Under the pieces are notes generated by a model. It had not been told where the DNA came from. It searched no databases and saw nothing but the letters and a program-made list of their open reading frames with translations. Shown here one piece after another: positions 1 through 10,983 of a DNA stretch of 64,000 nucleotides; the first letter of the stretch is position 1; each line of letters begins with the position of its first letter. The translations under genes were made by a program, and so were the position numbers. This stretch comes from Planctomycetota bacterium (GTDB taxonomy: Bacteria > Planctomycetota > MHYJ01 > WSZJ01), in assembly GCA_038060895.1 (NCBI GenBank), contig JBBTCT010000022.1:32001-96000 (forward strand), read 5' to 3'.

Positions 1-282
1 ATCGTGGAAGGATTCCGCGAGGCGTCCATTCCCCGGGTGCGGGTCTTCGGCAGCTCGGAGCTGCCTTCCGTCAAGGCCGGTGACACGGACGTCATCGCAT
101 TCGTTTCCCGCACCCCGGCTGCTGCCCTCGCCGCGCCCGTCTTCGCGCTGACCGACGAGCAGGGCCTGTCTGATTTCCTCGTGCGCCACCTCGGGCTCGA
201 GCTTCGGGCGCCGGCCCCGCACGAGACGACCCTGCTGCGCCACGAGAGAGTCGGCACCCGCTCTTCGAGGCTTTCCGGATAG
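1..282 (+). CDS. 3' end of a MobB-like molybdopterin-guanine dinucleotide biosynthesis protein (partial)
   Basis: IVEGFR..SIPRVRVF resembles the MobB C-terminal LVEGFK..PKIEV motif; adjacent to a Mo-bisPGD enzyme operon. Confidence 0.45.
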   Translation: MVEGFREASIPRVRVFGSSELPSVKAGDTDVIAFVSRTPAAALAAPVFALTDEQGLSDFLVRHLGLELRAPAPHETTLLRHERVGTRSSRLSG

Positions 283-311
283 GACGGGCGGAGGGAACAC
301 GCGTCGAACCA

Positions 312-1910
312 CTAGGTGAGCGCGCCGGCGCGGCGACCGTTCGTCGGCTCCGTGGGGAGTTCCGTCGGAAGCGTGATTTTGACTTCCGTCCCTTTCCCCA
401 TCTCGCTTTCGATCTCCAGTCTCCCGCCATGCGCTTCGATCATGCGCTTGGAGATCGCAAGACCCAGGCCTGTGCCGCGCGTCTTGGTCGTGAAAAAGGG
501 CGAGAAGAGCCGTGCCTGGTGCTCGGGTGCGATTCCGGTCCCGGTATCCCGGACGCGCACGATTGCCGAATCGGCGGGGCTTTCGACTTCCACGCTCAGG
601 TTCCCTCCCCGCGGCATGGCGTCTACGGCGTTCTGGAAGATATTGAAGAGGACCTCCTGGAGGAGGCGCGGGTCGGCGGACAGAACGAGCGACGGCGGTC
701 CTTCGCAGCGCAATGAGATGGACGCCATGCGGTCCTGTTGCTTCACGATCGTCGTCACGCGCCCGATGAGCTCGACCAGGTCGACCACCTGGGGTTCCGG
801 CGTCCACGGGCGCGCGAAGACCAGGAGGTCCCGGACCGTCTCGTCGAGCCGTCGCACCTGCGCCAGGATCTCCGCGACGATTTCGCGACGCGGGTCCCGC
901 GCGGGGATCGCATCGGCAATCACCTGGATCGCCCCGCTGATCCCGGCGAGCGGGTTCTTGATCTCGTGCGCCACCGTCGCCGCCAGCTCGCCTACCACCG
1001 CCAGGCTTTGCGTCCTCACCAGGTCCGACTGCAGCCGCTTCACTTTCGTCATGTCCCGCACGATCGAACACCGGCCCGTGATTTTGCCCGCCTTGTCCCT
1101 CATCACCGAACTCGTGATGTTCACGGCCAGGCGGCGGCCGTCACTCGAGAAGCGCATCGTCTCCAGCCCCTGCAGAAAGCCGTCGCGCTCCACGACCTCG
1201 CGGATCTTCTTCAATTCGCCGGCGGCGCGCAGCTCCTCCGGGACGAGGATGTCGACCGATTGGCCAATGATCTCTGAAGCAGGCCAGCCGAACATCCGTT
1301 CGGCGCCGCGGTTCCAGCTTCGGATCAGGTCGCCCTGGTCCACGGTCAGGATCGCATCCACCGAGTTCTCGAGGATGCTCTCGAGGCGCTCCTTGCTGGC
1401 CCGCAGCTCCTCCAGCAGAAGAGACCGTTCCAGCGCGACGGACAGGTGGCCGGCCAGAGTGCGCGTGAAGATCGCATGCTCCCGGGTGTAGGCATTCCGC
1501 TCCCGGGAAGAGAAAAACAGGACGCCGAAGGGGTTGCCGCGGGCGATCAGCGGCAGCGAAAGTGACGAAAGCATCCCCTCCCGCACGATGAGCCGCGTCG
1601 CTTCCGACCCCGGGTTCTGCACCAGGTATTCTTCGAGGTCGGCGATAATGCGGGGCTCGCCGGTGCGAAGAAGCGGCTCGAGGCTGGAACCACCCAGGCG
1701 GGCGCTGTACCCGACATTGAGGACGGTCGCGCCATCGCTGCGGCAGGCGTGCAGCGTGAGCAGGTCGCGCGCGGGATCGTAGATCGAAACGGCCATCCGG
1801 TTGGACGGCACGACGCCGTGCATCCGCGCGTAGATCGAGTCGAAGATGTCCTGGAAGCCGCGGCCGGCGTTCAGGTCCTGGACGATCTCGTTGAAGATGT
1901 CGCTGCTCAA
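312..1910 (-). CDS. GAF-PAS sensor histidine kinase (NtrB/AtoS-like)
   Basis: AHEIKNPL H-box, NAVDAM N-box, DTGTGI and GTGLGL G-boxes, PAS motif WNRGAERMFG. Start placed at TTG 1910 because the upstream extension runs through a hairpin and a sigma54-like motif. Confidence 0.88.
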   Translation of the reverse strand: MSSDIFNEIVQDLNAGRGFQDIFDSIYARMHGVVPSNRMAVSIYDPARDLLTLHACRSDGATVLNVGYSARLGGSSLEPLLRTGEPRIIADLEEYLVQNPGSEATRLIVREGMLSSLSLPLIARGNPFGVLFFSSRERNAYTREHAIFTRTLAGHLSVALERSLLLEELRASKERLESILENSVDAILTVDQGDLIRSWNRGAERMFGWPASEIIGQSVDILVPEELRAAGELKKIREVVERDGFLQGLETMRFSSDGRRLAVNITSSVMRDKAGKITGRCSIVRDMTKVKRLQSDLVRTQSLAVVGELAATVAHEIKNPLAGISGAIQVIADAIPARDPRREIVAEILAQVRRLDETVRDLLVFARPWTPEPQVVDLVELIGRVTTIVKQQDRMASISLRCEGPPSLVLSADPRLLQEVLFNIFQNAVDAMPRGGNLSVEVESPADSAIVRVRDTGTGIAPEHQARLFSPFFTTKTRGTGLGLAISKRMIEAHGGRLEIESEMGKGTEVKITLPTELPTEPTNGRRAGALT

Positions 1911-1944
1911 GGAACCGCTTTCACGAGAGAGGTTTGAAGACAGA

Positions 1945-1960
1945 AGCAAGGCGCGGGCCG
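1945..1960 (-). promoter_or_regulatory. sigma54-like -24/-12 promoter of the kinase gene
   Basis: minus strand CGGCCCGCGCCTTGCT (GG-N8-TTGC). Confidence 0.45.
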
Positions 1961-2051
1961 GATCATTGACGCGCGGAAGCGCTTTGGAAGGGCTCCCGTT
2001 GTGTCGTTTCGCGCGAATTCCCGTCTTTTTCCGGGCCGGGTCATGTCCTTC

Positions 2052-2218
2052 CTCCGCTTTCGCTTTGGAGAGGGTCGGGAGCGAAGGAGGCGGGCGGGGC
2101 GAAGCGACACGACGGCGCTCTGCAGGCTCCACATGGAATCAACGCCTCGGTGCGCCGTCGTGTCGCGAAGCTCCGCCCGCCTCCGCAGCTCCCGACCCTC
2201 TCCAAAGCGAAAGCGGAG
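2052..2218. repeat. long imperfect inverted repeat (about 67-bp arms), REP/MITE-like hairpin
   Basis: CTCCGCTTTCGCTTTGGAGAGGGTCGGGAGC... pairs with ...GCTCCCGACCCTCTCCAAAGCGAAAGCGGAG. Confidence 0.85.
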
Positions 2219-2260
2219 CCGGCACCCGCCACAGATGCCGGCTCCTGAAGCGACAGCGGT

Positions 2261-3028
2261 TTACGCTCCGCAGCCGCTGCTTTCGATTTCTTCGGGATCG
2301 TCCTCATCGACCGCCTGAGGTTCCGGCGGAATCGGGACCGGCTCCGCGCTGACCTGCCCTGGCGTCACGCCGAGGCGCTTCACGTCCGCTCTCAGGAGGG
2401 CTGCCAGAAGCGCTCCATACGCCTGATGCAGCGGGGAAGGCGCCTTCTTGGCGAGGATCTCGCCGAAGACGGGTCCCCACCGCCCGATGTGGTCCTTCAG
2501 GAACCCACGCGCGGCCTCAAGCGTCCGCTCGGCCCCTTCCGTCTCGCCGCGTTCCAGCGCCAGAAGCTGCTTCACCGCGAGGAAATGCACGAACTCGAGT
2601 TCCAGCCAGGCGTGATCGACGCGTTCCCCGGTGCCGGGCCGCACGCGCAGGCCGAAGGCGCCGTAGAAGGCCGAGACATCCGCGAGGTCCTGCGTCTCCT
2701 GGAACGGATGCGAACTGCCGTATCTCGTTTCGTGAGGCGGGAAGGTTTCAGAAATTGTGTGCCCGTACGTCATGACATGGAGGGACTCCAGCTGTTCGTC
2801 GGTCATATCGCGAAGCTCGCGGCCCACCGCCTCAACGGCGGCTTGCACATCCGCCGCCGCGGCGTCCTCCCACAGTTGCGACAGCGCCGCGCTCGGCAAC
2901 TCTTCTCGAAGGATCTCCGCCAGGCCGGGGCGCGGGTACGCGAAAACACGTGAGAGGAACCGGTAATACGCAGCACGGGCAAAAGCGAGGTCGGACTCCA
3001 GGGCGAGATGGGCGAGCGTGGCGGTCAT
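2261..3028 (-). CDS. TorD/DmsD-family chaperone for the type II DMSO-reductase-family enzyme
   Basis: PPHETRY, LADVSAFYGAFG, ERVDHAWLELEF and FLKDHIGRW motifs; last gene of the nxr operon. Confidence 0.9.
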   Translation of the reverse strand: MTATLAHLALESDLAFARAAYYRFLSRVFAYPRPGLAEILREELPSAALSQLWEDAAAADVQAAVEAVGRELRDMTDEQLESLHVMTYGHTISETFPPHETRYGSSHPFQETQDLADVSAFYGAFGLRVRPGTGERVDHAWLELEFVHFLAVKQLLALERGETEGAERTLEAARGFLKDHIGRWGPVFGEILAKKAPSPLHQAYGALLAALLRADVKRLGVTPGQVSAEPVPIPPEPQAVDEDDPEEIESSGCGA

Positions 3029-3078
3029 GGATGTCTCCCTCAGGGGTCAACCCCGGCCAGGAAAAGTCCCGGCCTGGT

Positions 3079-4353
<1,275 letters not shown>

Positions 4354-4366
4354 GGGTGGAGCCTCC

Positions 4367-4639
4367 TTAGTTGCCCGCCTGCGGAGACGGGCTCCATTCG
4401 CGGAGCACGCCGTCGATCACCCGTTCCACGAACTCCTGCCCTCGCTCGGCCCACACCCTGTGGGTGCCGGCGTAGAACGGGTCCTGAAAGAGCCGGACCA
4501 GCCGCTCGCGGTCGAACCCGGTCAGCAGGAATTCTTCGACCACGGCCTTCGTCATTTCCTCGTCGGCCTTGGGGCCGGCGGGGATGGACATCCCGACGAA
4601 CTCCAGCGGGTCGTCCTCTTCGAATTCCTTTTCCGGCAT
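4367..4639 (-). CDS. small hypothetical protein between nxrA and nxrB
   Basis: 90-aa ORF with RBS, in operon; DDPLEFVG..EEF..LFQDPFYAGTH. Confidence 0.75.
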   Translation of the reverse strand: MPEKEFEEDDPLEFVGMSIPAGPKADEEMTKAVVEEFLLTGFDRERLVRLFQDPFYAGTHRVWAERGQEFVERVIDGVLREWSPSPQAGN

Positions 4640-4723
4640 GGTCGTTTCCCTCAGGAAAGGGCCTTTTTCCGACGTGCGCCCCGGTTCCAGGGCGCCCGGC
4701 GCTTCCTACTTCAAAACCGGTGC

Positions 4724-7700
4724 CTATCCCTTCGTCACCTTGCCCAGCACGTACTTCTTCATGAAGTCGCTCTCGCCGCCCGGCGCGAACCCGCTGGCCG
4801 CCGGCGCCCAGACTCCCTGGCCGTTCATGCCGCCGTTCTCCGCCTTCGTCACCTTGACCAGCGTCTCTTTCGGGACTGTGTTGACGGCATGGTTGTCCGC
4901 CTCGCCGCCGAAGATGAAGCCCATCCTGGCCTTGGCCTTGTGGAAGAGCGAGTCCAGCTGGTGCATCGGCATGAGCCAGCCGCGCGTGACGGACTGCTGC
5001 GAGCCGTACCGGAAGCTCGACTGGTAGCCGGTCCCGTCGGACTGCGCGCGGCCGTCTTCGCGCGTCTCGTGCGCCTTCACGGACTTCTCAGTCGCGATGA
5101 AGGGGGCGTGCTTCATCATCACGGCGCTGTACGGATAGGCCGCGTTGTACTTGGCGCGCAGCATCAGGCGACCGACCTTGTATTGCGGGTCGTCAGGCTT
5201 CCACCCGATGAACGGCCGATCCGCCGGATTCGCGTCCACGTAAACGTAGTCGCCGTCGGCAATCCCCAGGTCCTTCGCTGCCGCCGGGTTGATGTGCATC
5301 TGGTGCTCGCCCACCCCCGGTTGACGCTTGTCGCGCCGGTACGGGTCGCCGAACTGGTTGTTCCAGATGAAGTGCCAGTCCGTGACCTGCCACTGCGAGT
5401 GCGTCGAGTGGCGGGACTTCGGCGTGATGCAGTAGAACTTGAACCCCGCTTCCCACAGCGGATTCTTCGAGTTTTTCACCTCGCTCCACGGCTTCTTGAT
5501 GTTGCGAACCTGCCGTTCGTCCGCGCCCATCGCGGACTCCGGGATCCCGTACGATTCCGGCCGCACCCACGGGTTCGAACTCACGATCACGTTCGGCAGG
5601 TACGGCGTCGCTTCCGGCCCCTCGCGGTGCACGATGAAGTTCTCGCCGTACTCGATGACCTCGTCCTCGTCGTTGTAGGACTGAAGCCGGCCCGTGGGCG
5701 TGTAGAAGGGGAGGCTGTCCGCGATCTGTTCGTAGAACGGGATGCGCGGGTAGGTGCGGAAGAGGAAGAGCGCCGCGCCCGGCTCGCCGTACTTGCCGGC
5801 CATGATGTCCGAGCACTTGTAGCCGCGCGTCGTCGAGCACCCGTCGAGCAGGCGCTGGATGTAGACCTCGTTCCGGCCTTCCCGGGCGAACTTCCAGAGG
5901 TCCCCGACCCGCTGGTCCCCGATCTCGTCGCCAACGGCCTTCGCCGCGAGCGCCATGATCATCGTGTCGTCTTTGGTGTCGTAAACAGGCTTCGTCCCGC
6001 CCTTCCAGATCTGGATGAACGGATTCGAGCAGCATCCGGTGATCTCGAGGTCCTCGAACTCCAGCCAGGTGTTCGCCGCAAAGATGAGATCCGAGTACTC
6101 GACCGTCGAGTTCATCTCGATGTCCGTCCCCACGATCATCTCGATCTTCGTGTTCGTCCGCATGAGCATCTGGTACGCCCACTTTGCGTTGTTGAAGATG
6201 TTCACGTTCGTGTACCAGAGGAACTTCGTCGGCGTCGGCATGTGCGTCGCGCCCGTGAAGGACTTGCGTCCCTTGCCGGGCGTCTCAACAACGAGCGGCT
6301 TGTCGTCGTAGTTCCAGTACGCGGGTTCCTCGTCCTGCGAGTAACCGTGCGCGTGGACGTCCTTCCCGTCGATCTTGTCGTCCATCTCCGGGTGGAAGGG
6401 GTCCTCGGCGATCCAGCCCTTGAACCCGGGCCCGGACCAGGACGAGCCCTGGAAGAGCGCTGCCTTGTAGTTGCCGGCCCACGTATGCGACCCGGCGCCG
6501 GGCAGGCCGATGTTCCCGGTCAGCATGAGCGGCAAGTAGCTGGCCCGGTTCACCTCGGTCGCATGGAACCAGTGATTGATCCCTTCTCCCGTGTGGATCG
6601 CGACCGGCTTGATGGTCGCGATGTCGTCGGTCAGGCGACGGATCAACTCCTTCGGCGCACGGGTGATTTCGTGCACGCTGTCGAGGTCGTAGTCCTTCAG
6701 GTGGACGTTCTTGTAGAGGTCGAAGAGCGGCCGGACCTCGACTTCCTTCCCGTCCACCGTCTTCACCTTGAATGTTCCCTCGAGCGCCGGCTCCACGCCG
6801 AGCTTGTCCCAGAGAGCTCCGACGTCGTCGCGCGTCACGACCTTCGGCCCGTTCGACTTCGTGTCCCAGACCACGAAATCCCCGAGTTTCACGTACTGCT
6901 CCTGCGTCAGCCCGTGCTTCGTGAAACTCGCGCCCTTGCTGATGTCCGGCGAGGCGTAGTCCTTCAAGATGTCCTTCGCCTGCAGCCGCTTCAGCGTGTC
7001 CTGCCGGACGAGCAGCGGGAAATCGGTGAAGCGCTTCACGAACGCCTCGTCGTACTTCTTCTCGTCCATCATGAGCTTGGTGATCCCGAGGAGCAGCGCG
7101 GTGTCGCTGTTCGGGCGGATCGGGAGCCAGTAGTCGGCCTTGGTCGACGGCGGCCCGTATTCGGGCGCGATGACGACAATCTTCGCGCCGCGCTCCATGC
7201 ACTCGACGAAGAAGTGGTTGTCGGCGCGCTTGTTCTCGATGAGGTTTTTGCCGAGCTGGATATGGAGCTTGGTGAAGCGGAAGTCGTTCATGTCGGTGTC
7301 CGAGGTCTGGAGGCCGTGCACGAACGGCTGGCCCGGGGCCTGGTCGCCGTGCCAGGTGTAGTTCGACCAGCTGCGGGCGCCCTTGGCTTCCTTCGCGTCC
7401 ACGCCACGGATCTTCGCGTCCACGAGGGCGAGCGAATTGCCGAAACGGTACATGCCGTACTTGCCGATGACGCCGAGGAGGCCCATGCCGCCGCGGACCT
7501 TGCAGACGCGCGTGCCGGCGCCGCCGTGGTGCAGCAGCATTTCCTCGGCGTACCCCTGCGCGCGGAGCTTGTTCTTCCCTTCTTCGCCGCTGTACCGCTT
7601 GCTGATGTTCACGAGTCCCCTGGCGAAGTACTTGAAAGCGTCGTCCCAGCCGATCTTCACGAGCTCGTCAGTCCCGCGCGAATCGAACTTGTACTTCTTG

Positions 7701-8164
7701 TGGTTGTCGGGAGTGAGCTCGGGGAAGCCGTCGTCCGCCCATTGCTTCCACATCTTGCGGATGAGCGGGTACCGCATCCGGTACGGGCCGTACATCCGGC
7801 GTTGCATGGTGAATCCGTTTGAGCAGCCGCGCGGGTTCCAGTTCACCGTCGCCTTGTTGCCGTAGACATCGCCGATCCGCCCGCTGTCGTAGTTCTGCTC
7901 GCTGCGCAGCACGACCCCGTTGCGGACAAAGGCCTTCATGCGGCACGCGTGCGTGCAGTTGGGCGAGCACACCCAGGTGAAGCTCGAGTCGTACCGGAAC
8001 TGCTCGCGGTAGACCTTCTCCCAGTCGCGCGCTGGATACCCCGCCAGCGGGTCGATGTCCGGGAACGGTTCAAAGGCCCCGAGGTTGAGGCCGCCGGAAG
8101 CGAGGAATGCGGCACTTCCCGCAAGACCTGCGGACTTCAGGAAGTCGCGACGGTTAATGGACAT
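4724..8164 (-). CDS. nxrA: nitrite oxidoreductase / periplasmic nitrate reductase alpha subunit (Mo-bisPGD, Tat-exported)
   Basis: 1146 aa from MSINRRDFLK (twin-arginine); CSPNCTHAC...NPRGC Fe-S motif; WSNYTWHGDQAPG with the Asp Mo ligand. Confidence 0.92.
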   Translation of the reverse strand: MSINRRDFLKSAGLAGSAAFLASGGLNLGAFEPFPDIDPLAGYPARDWEKVYREQFRYDSSFTWVCSPNCTHACRMKAFVRNGVVLRSEQNYDSGRIGDVYGNKATVNWNPRGCSNGFTMQRRMYGPYRMRYPLIRKMWKQWADDGFPELTPDNHKKYKFDSRGTDELVKIGWDDAFKYFARGLVNISKRYSGEEGKNKLRAQGYAEEMLLHHGGAGTRVCKVRGGMGLLGVIGKYGMYRFGNSLALVDAKIRGVDAKEAKGARSWSNYTWHGDQAPGQPFVHGLQTSDTDMNDFRFTKLHIQLGKNLIENKRADNHFFVECMERGAKIVVIAPEYGPPSTKADYWLPIRPNSDTALLLGITKLMMDEKKYDEAFVKRFTDFPLLVRQDTLKRLQAKDILKDYASPDISKGASFTKHGLTQEQYVKLGDFVVWDTKSNGPKVVTRDDVGALWDKLGVEPALEGTFKVKTVDGKEVEVRPLFDLYKNVHLKDYDLDSVHEITRAPKELIRRLTDDIATIKPVAIHTGEGINHWFHATEVNRASYLPLMLTGNIGLPGAGSHTWAGNYKAALFQGSSWSGPGFKGWIAEDPFHPEMDDKIDGKDVHAHGYSQDEEPAYWNYDDKPLVVETPGKGRKSFTGATHMPTPTKFLWYTNVNIFNNAKWAYQMLMRTNTKIEMIVGTDIEMNSTVEYSDLIFAANTWLEFEDLEITGCCSNPFIQIWKGGTKPVYDTKDDTMIMALAAKAVGDEIGDQRVGDLWKFAREGRNEVYIQRLLDGCSTTRGYKCSDIMAGKYGEPGAALFLFRTYPRIPFYEQIADSLPFYTPTGRLQSYNDEDEVIEYGENFIVHREGPEATPYLPNVIVSSNPWVRPESYGIPESAMGADERQVRNIKKPWSEVKNSKNPLWEAGFKFYCITPKSRHSTHSQWQVTDWHFIWNNQFGDPYRRDKRQPGVGEHQMHINPAAAKDLGIADGDYVYVDANPADRPFIGWKPDDPQYKVGRLMLRAKYNAAYPYSAVMMKHAPFIATEKSVKAHETREDGRAQSDGTGYQSSFRYGSQQSVTRGWLMPMHQLDSLFHKAKARMGFIFGGEADNHAVNTVPKETLVKVTKAENGGMNGQGVWAPAASGFAPGGESDFMKKYVLGKVTKG

Positions 8165-9137
8165 TGGAACCCTCCTGAACCTGGGTGTTGGCGCAGCTTG
8201 CCCGGCTTGGAGCAAACCGCGTGCGAAAGACATAGGAGTCAAGGCACTGCCGGCACGCCCCGTCCGCGGGATCCCATCGCGGGAAGTCGGCGCGGACCAT
8301 GCCCAGCGTGATTTCGGGAAGAGCGGCGGCGTTGTCGTGCCACTCGAAGGTAGGGAAGCTGCAGAGCGGGCAGAGCGAGCCCGGGCCGCACGGCGATTCG
8401 GCTGCATCGATGCCGCAGAACCGGAGGAGTTTCTTCGGATGAAGCGAAAGTTCGATAAGGAGAGGCCAGGTGGCTTCCGGCGAGTTCCAGAGAGTTGCGA
8501 GGATTCGCTCGCGCGCCTCGGCGGGGAAGCCGGGATAGTTCCTCGTCACCATCGTCGCCCACTCTTCTTTCTTCGCCGCGCCGCGCTTCCCGGATCGTTC
8601 GATCGCGCCGGCAGCGACGAGATTCCAGAGAACACGAAGCCGGGCGCGGACGAGGTTTTCCTCGGCCGGGCGCGCCGCAATCCGGCCCAGCGCGCGGTAT
8701 TCGAATGCAGGCCGGAGCATGTCCTCGACGTGCTGCAGCTCGTGCCGGAAAAAACCCTCCAGCGCCGATGGGTCGTCCAGGCGGTGCACCCGGAAGAGAA
8801 TGCGAACGTGGGGTTTGCTGCCCGCCGTGACGCACAGATCGGCTCCCTCGTCAGACGCCGTCGCGCAGCGGTCGAGGACCAGCTCTTCTACCGCCGGGCC
8901 CAGCGTCGGATATCCGGCAACGGCCGCTTCCAGCGACCGGGCGAGGCCCAGCTGGCGATAGAAAACCGCGTTGGCGTCGCGGAAACCCGCGTTTCGCTCC
9001 GTCTCCTGCATGGCGTAGAACGGGTCCGTCACGACGTGGAAATCGCGGCTCCATGCGGCGTCCCCGGCGGTTTCGCGCCGGAGGATCTCCCGCGCAACCG
9101 CTTCTTCCAGCAACTCGGGGGCGTATCGCAGTTCCAC
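8154..9137 (-). CDS. hypothetical protein with HExxH motif and C-terminal CxxC pairs, in the nxr operon
   Basis: GTG start after AGGAGAG; RHELQHVEDML, CPLC and CRQC; overlaps the nxrA start. Confidence 0.75.
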   Translation of the reverse strand: MELRYAPELLEEAVAREILRRETAGDAAWSRDFHVVTDPFYAMQETERNAGFRDANAVFYRQLGLARSLEAAVAGYPTLGPAVEELVLDRCATASDEGADLCVTAGSKPHVRILFRVHRLDDPSALEGFFRHELQHVEDMLRPAFEYRALGRIAARPAEENLVRARLRVLWNLVAAGAIERSGKRGAAKKEEWATMVTRNYPGFPAEARERILATLWNSPEATWPLLIELSLHPKKLLRFCGIDAAESPCGPGSLCPLCSFPTFEWHDNAAALPEITLGMVRADFPRWDPADGACRQCLDSYVFRTRFAPSRASCANTQVQEGSNVH

Positions 9138-9148
9138 GGTTCTCTCCT

Positions 9149-10810
9149 CTACTTCAGGACCAGGCGGTACCACGTCGTGACGGACTTCTGTCCGGCGCGA
9201 TCGCCCGCGGCGCCGTCCCAGACGGCGAAGGCGAGCGGAACTTCCGTTCCCGCCTTGAGGGCGATGCAGCATTCGTCCGGCGAAGCGAGCGAGCGGCTCA
9301 TCTGGATCGCCCAGCGACCGTCTTTCCACACTCCCTTGCCCGCGACCGACTGCTTGTCGCTCTTGAGGCTCGTCAGCGTCCCGAATCCTGCGGCGACCGC
9401 ATCCTCAACCGGCGACTTGCGCCCGGGTTCCGAGAACGGGTTTCCCGCGGCACGCCCCGACTGGTACGCGGGATCGTGATCGGGCATCCCGGAAGGCCTG
9501 TTGCCCTTGTTCTCCGTCGTCTTGTCACCCTTCTCGAACGGATACATCTCCACCGCCATCCCCGGGTGGATCGTCTCCACGTCCTTCCACTTCTCGAGGT
9601 CGATCTGCCAGTCCGCCTTCCAGCTCCACACGTTCACCGGCTGGTCCTTCGAGCCCATCGTCACAGGCGTGTCCATGCCCTTCAGCGCGAACATCAGCGC
9701 CGCCGCATCCCGGAAATCCTCGGCGCGAAGCGGCACGTTGTTGTCGGCGCTGTCCTGCCACGAAAGCTGGAAGGCCACCGCCTTTCCGTCGTGTGCGGCG
9801 CGGACCCGGAGCAGGCGCGGGGCCGTGATGCGGCTGAAGAGCAGCATGAGGGGCACGTCGACCGCCGGGATCGAGTCCCAGGCCGCGTCCGCAGGGTCCT
9901 TCGGGAGAGCGGATACCTTGGCGGCGACGAGTTCGCTTCCGGCCGGAAGCGCCGCCGCGAGGGCTTTCGGCGCTTCGCCCGCCAGCGACTGCACGTAGTG
10001 CACGAGGGCCCAGCGCTGTTCGTCGTTCATCTGGTCGGCGCCGTAGGCGGGCATGGGTGTGCCGGACATGCCGGTGGCGAAGCGGAGGTAGATGTCTTTC
10101 GCTGTCGATCCGCCGCGATAAATGCCCTGGGTGAAGTCGTTCGGGCGGATTGGCTGGTCCCAGTCGTCCTTGAGGCCGGCGGCGGAGGGTCCGTCAGAGC
10201 GCCCGGTTTCGCCGTGGCACTTGACGCACCCCGCCTTCACGTACATCTCCTTGCCGAGCGTGCGGGATTTTTCATTGTCTGCGGGCTCGGCGGGGACGGC
10301 GACGGGGGTGCCGGCGCCGCGTTCCTTGAAGAAGTTGTACGGGGCGTCCATCTCGCTGTCCTGGTACTGCGCGAGCTCCTTGACGCGTTCCACGAGCGCC
10401 TTTCGGTCCGCTTCCGGGAGGTGCCGCCACGAGGGCATCGAAGTCCCGGGCATGCCGTTGGTGACGCTGGCGAGGAGGTCTTCGTCGGTCGGGAGCGACC
10501 CGCTGGGCGTCGAGCGGATCTTGAATTTCCCCTTCGAGAAGTCGCGGGGGCGCGGCCAGAGAAGGTAGGCCGCCGTACCGTCGCCCCTGCCGAGGGTGCC
10601 GTGGCAGACGGCACAGTTCGATTCGAAGAGTGCCTTGCCGTCGGCGGCCGCGTTGCCGCCGGCGCCGCCGCCCGCGCCATCACCGCCGAGCGAAACGGGA
10701 GAGGGACCCGACGGAGGTGCGGGGCGCTGCTGGCAGGCCGCGATCCAGAAGACGGACGAAGCGAAGACGGCTAGGGCCGTTTTGTTCAAGAGACTGGTTC
10801 TGCTCGTCAT
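9149..10810 (-). CDS. lipoprotein: diheme cytochrome c fused to an EbdC/NxrC-like heme b domain (candidate gamma subunit)
   Basis: lipobox IAAC; CAVCH and CVKCH; C-terminal MG..PVNVWSWKA and AVWDG..DRAGQK (Met/Lys heme ligands); RBS GGAGGAGG. Confidence 0.85.
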   Translation of the reverse strand: MTSRTSLLNKTALAVFASSVFWIAACQQRPAPPSGPSPVSLGGDGAGGGAGGNAAADGKALFESNCAVCHGTLGRGDGTAAYLLWPRPRDFSKGKFKIRSTPSGSLPTDEDLLASVTNGMPGTSMPSWRHLPEADRKALVERVKELAQYQDSEMDAPYNFFKERGAGTPVAVPAEPADNEKSRTLGKEMYVKAGCVKCHGETGRSDGPSAAGLKDDWDQPIRPNDFTQGIYRGGSTAKDIYLRFATGMSGTPMPAYGADQMNDEQRWALVHYVQSLAGEAPKALAAALPAGSELVAAKVSALPKDPADAAWDSIPAVDVPLMLLFSRITAPRLLRVRAAHDGKAVAFQLSWQDSADNNVPLRAEDFRDAAALMFALKGMDTPVTMGSKDQPVNVWSWKADWQIDLEKWKDVETIHPGMAVEMYPFEKGDKTTENKGNRPSGMPDHDPAYQSGRAAGNPFSEPGRKSPVEDAVAAGFGTLTSLKSDKQSVAGKGVWKDGRWAIQMSRSLASPDECCIALKAGTEVPLAFAVWDGAAGDRAGQKSVTTWYRLVLK

Positions 10811-10873
10811 GCTGCGCCTCCTCCGGATGGTGAATCGCGATTTCTGCGCGCGGAATGCCCGGTGAGGGGCGGA

Positions 10874-10889
10874 CGCAAATGGTGCGCCG
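10874..10889 (-). promoter_or_regulatory. sigma54-like promoter of the nxr operon
   Basis: minus strand CGGCGCACCATTTGCG. Confidence 0.55.
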
Positions 10890-10964
10890 CGGGCATTCCG
10901 CGAGTGGGGAGGGAGGTGGCGCCGGGAAGTGTGAGCGCGGGACTCCGCGAAAGGCGTGGAAAAA

Positions 10965-10983
10965 TACTTAATGCCATTAACTA
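10965..10983. promoter_or_regulatory. operator palindrome, site 1 (nxr/cox divergent region)
   Basis: TACTTAA-TGCCA-TTAACTA. Confidence 0.8.

Noticed and set aside
1911-2132. N-terminal extension of the kinase in the ORF track
   Set aside because: It translates a hairpin arm and a promoter-like motif, not a protein domain.
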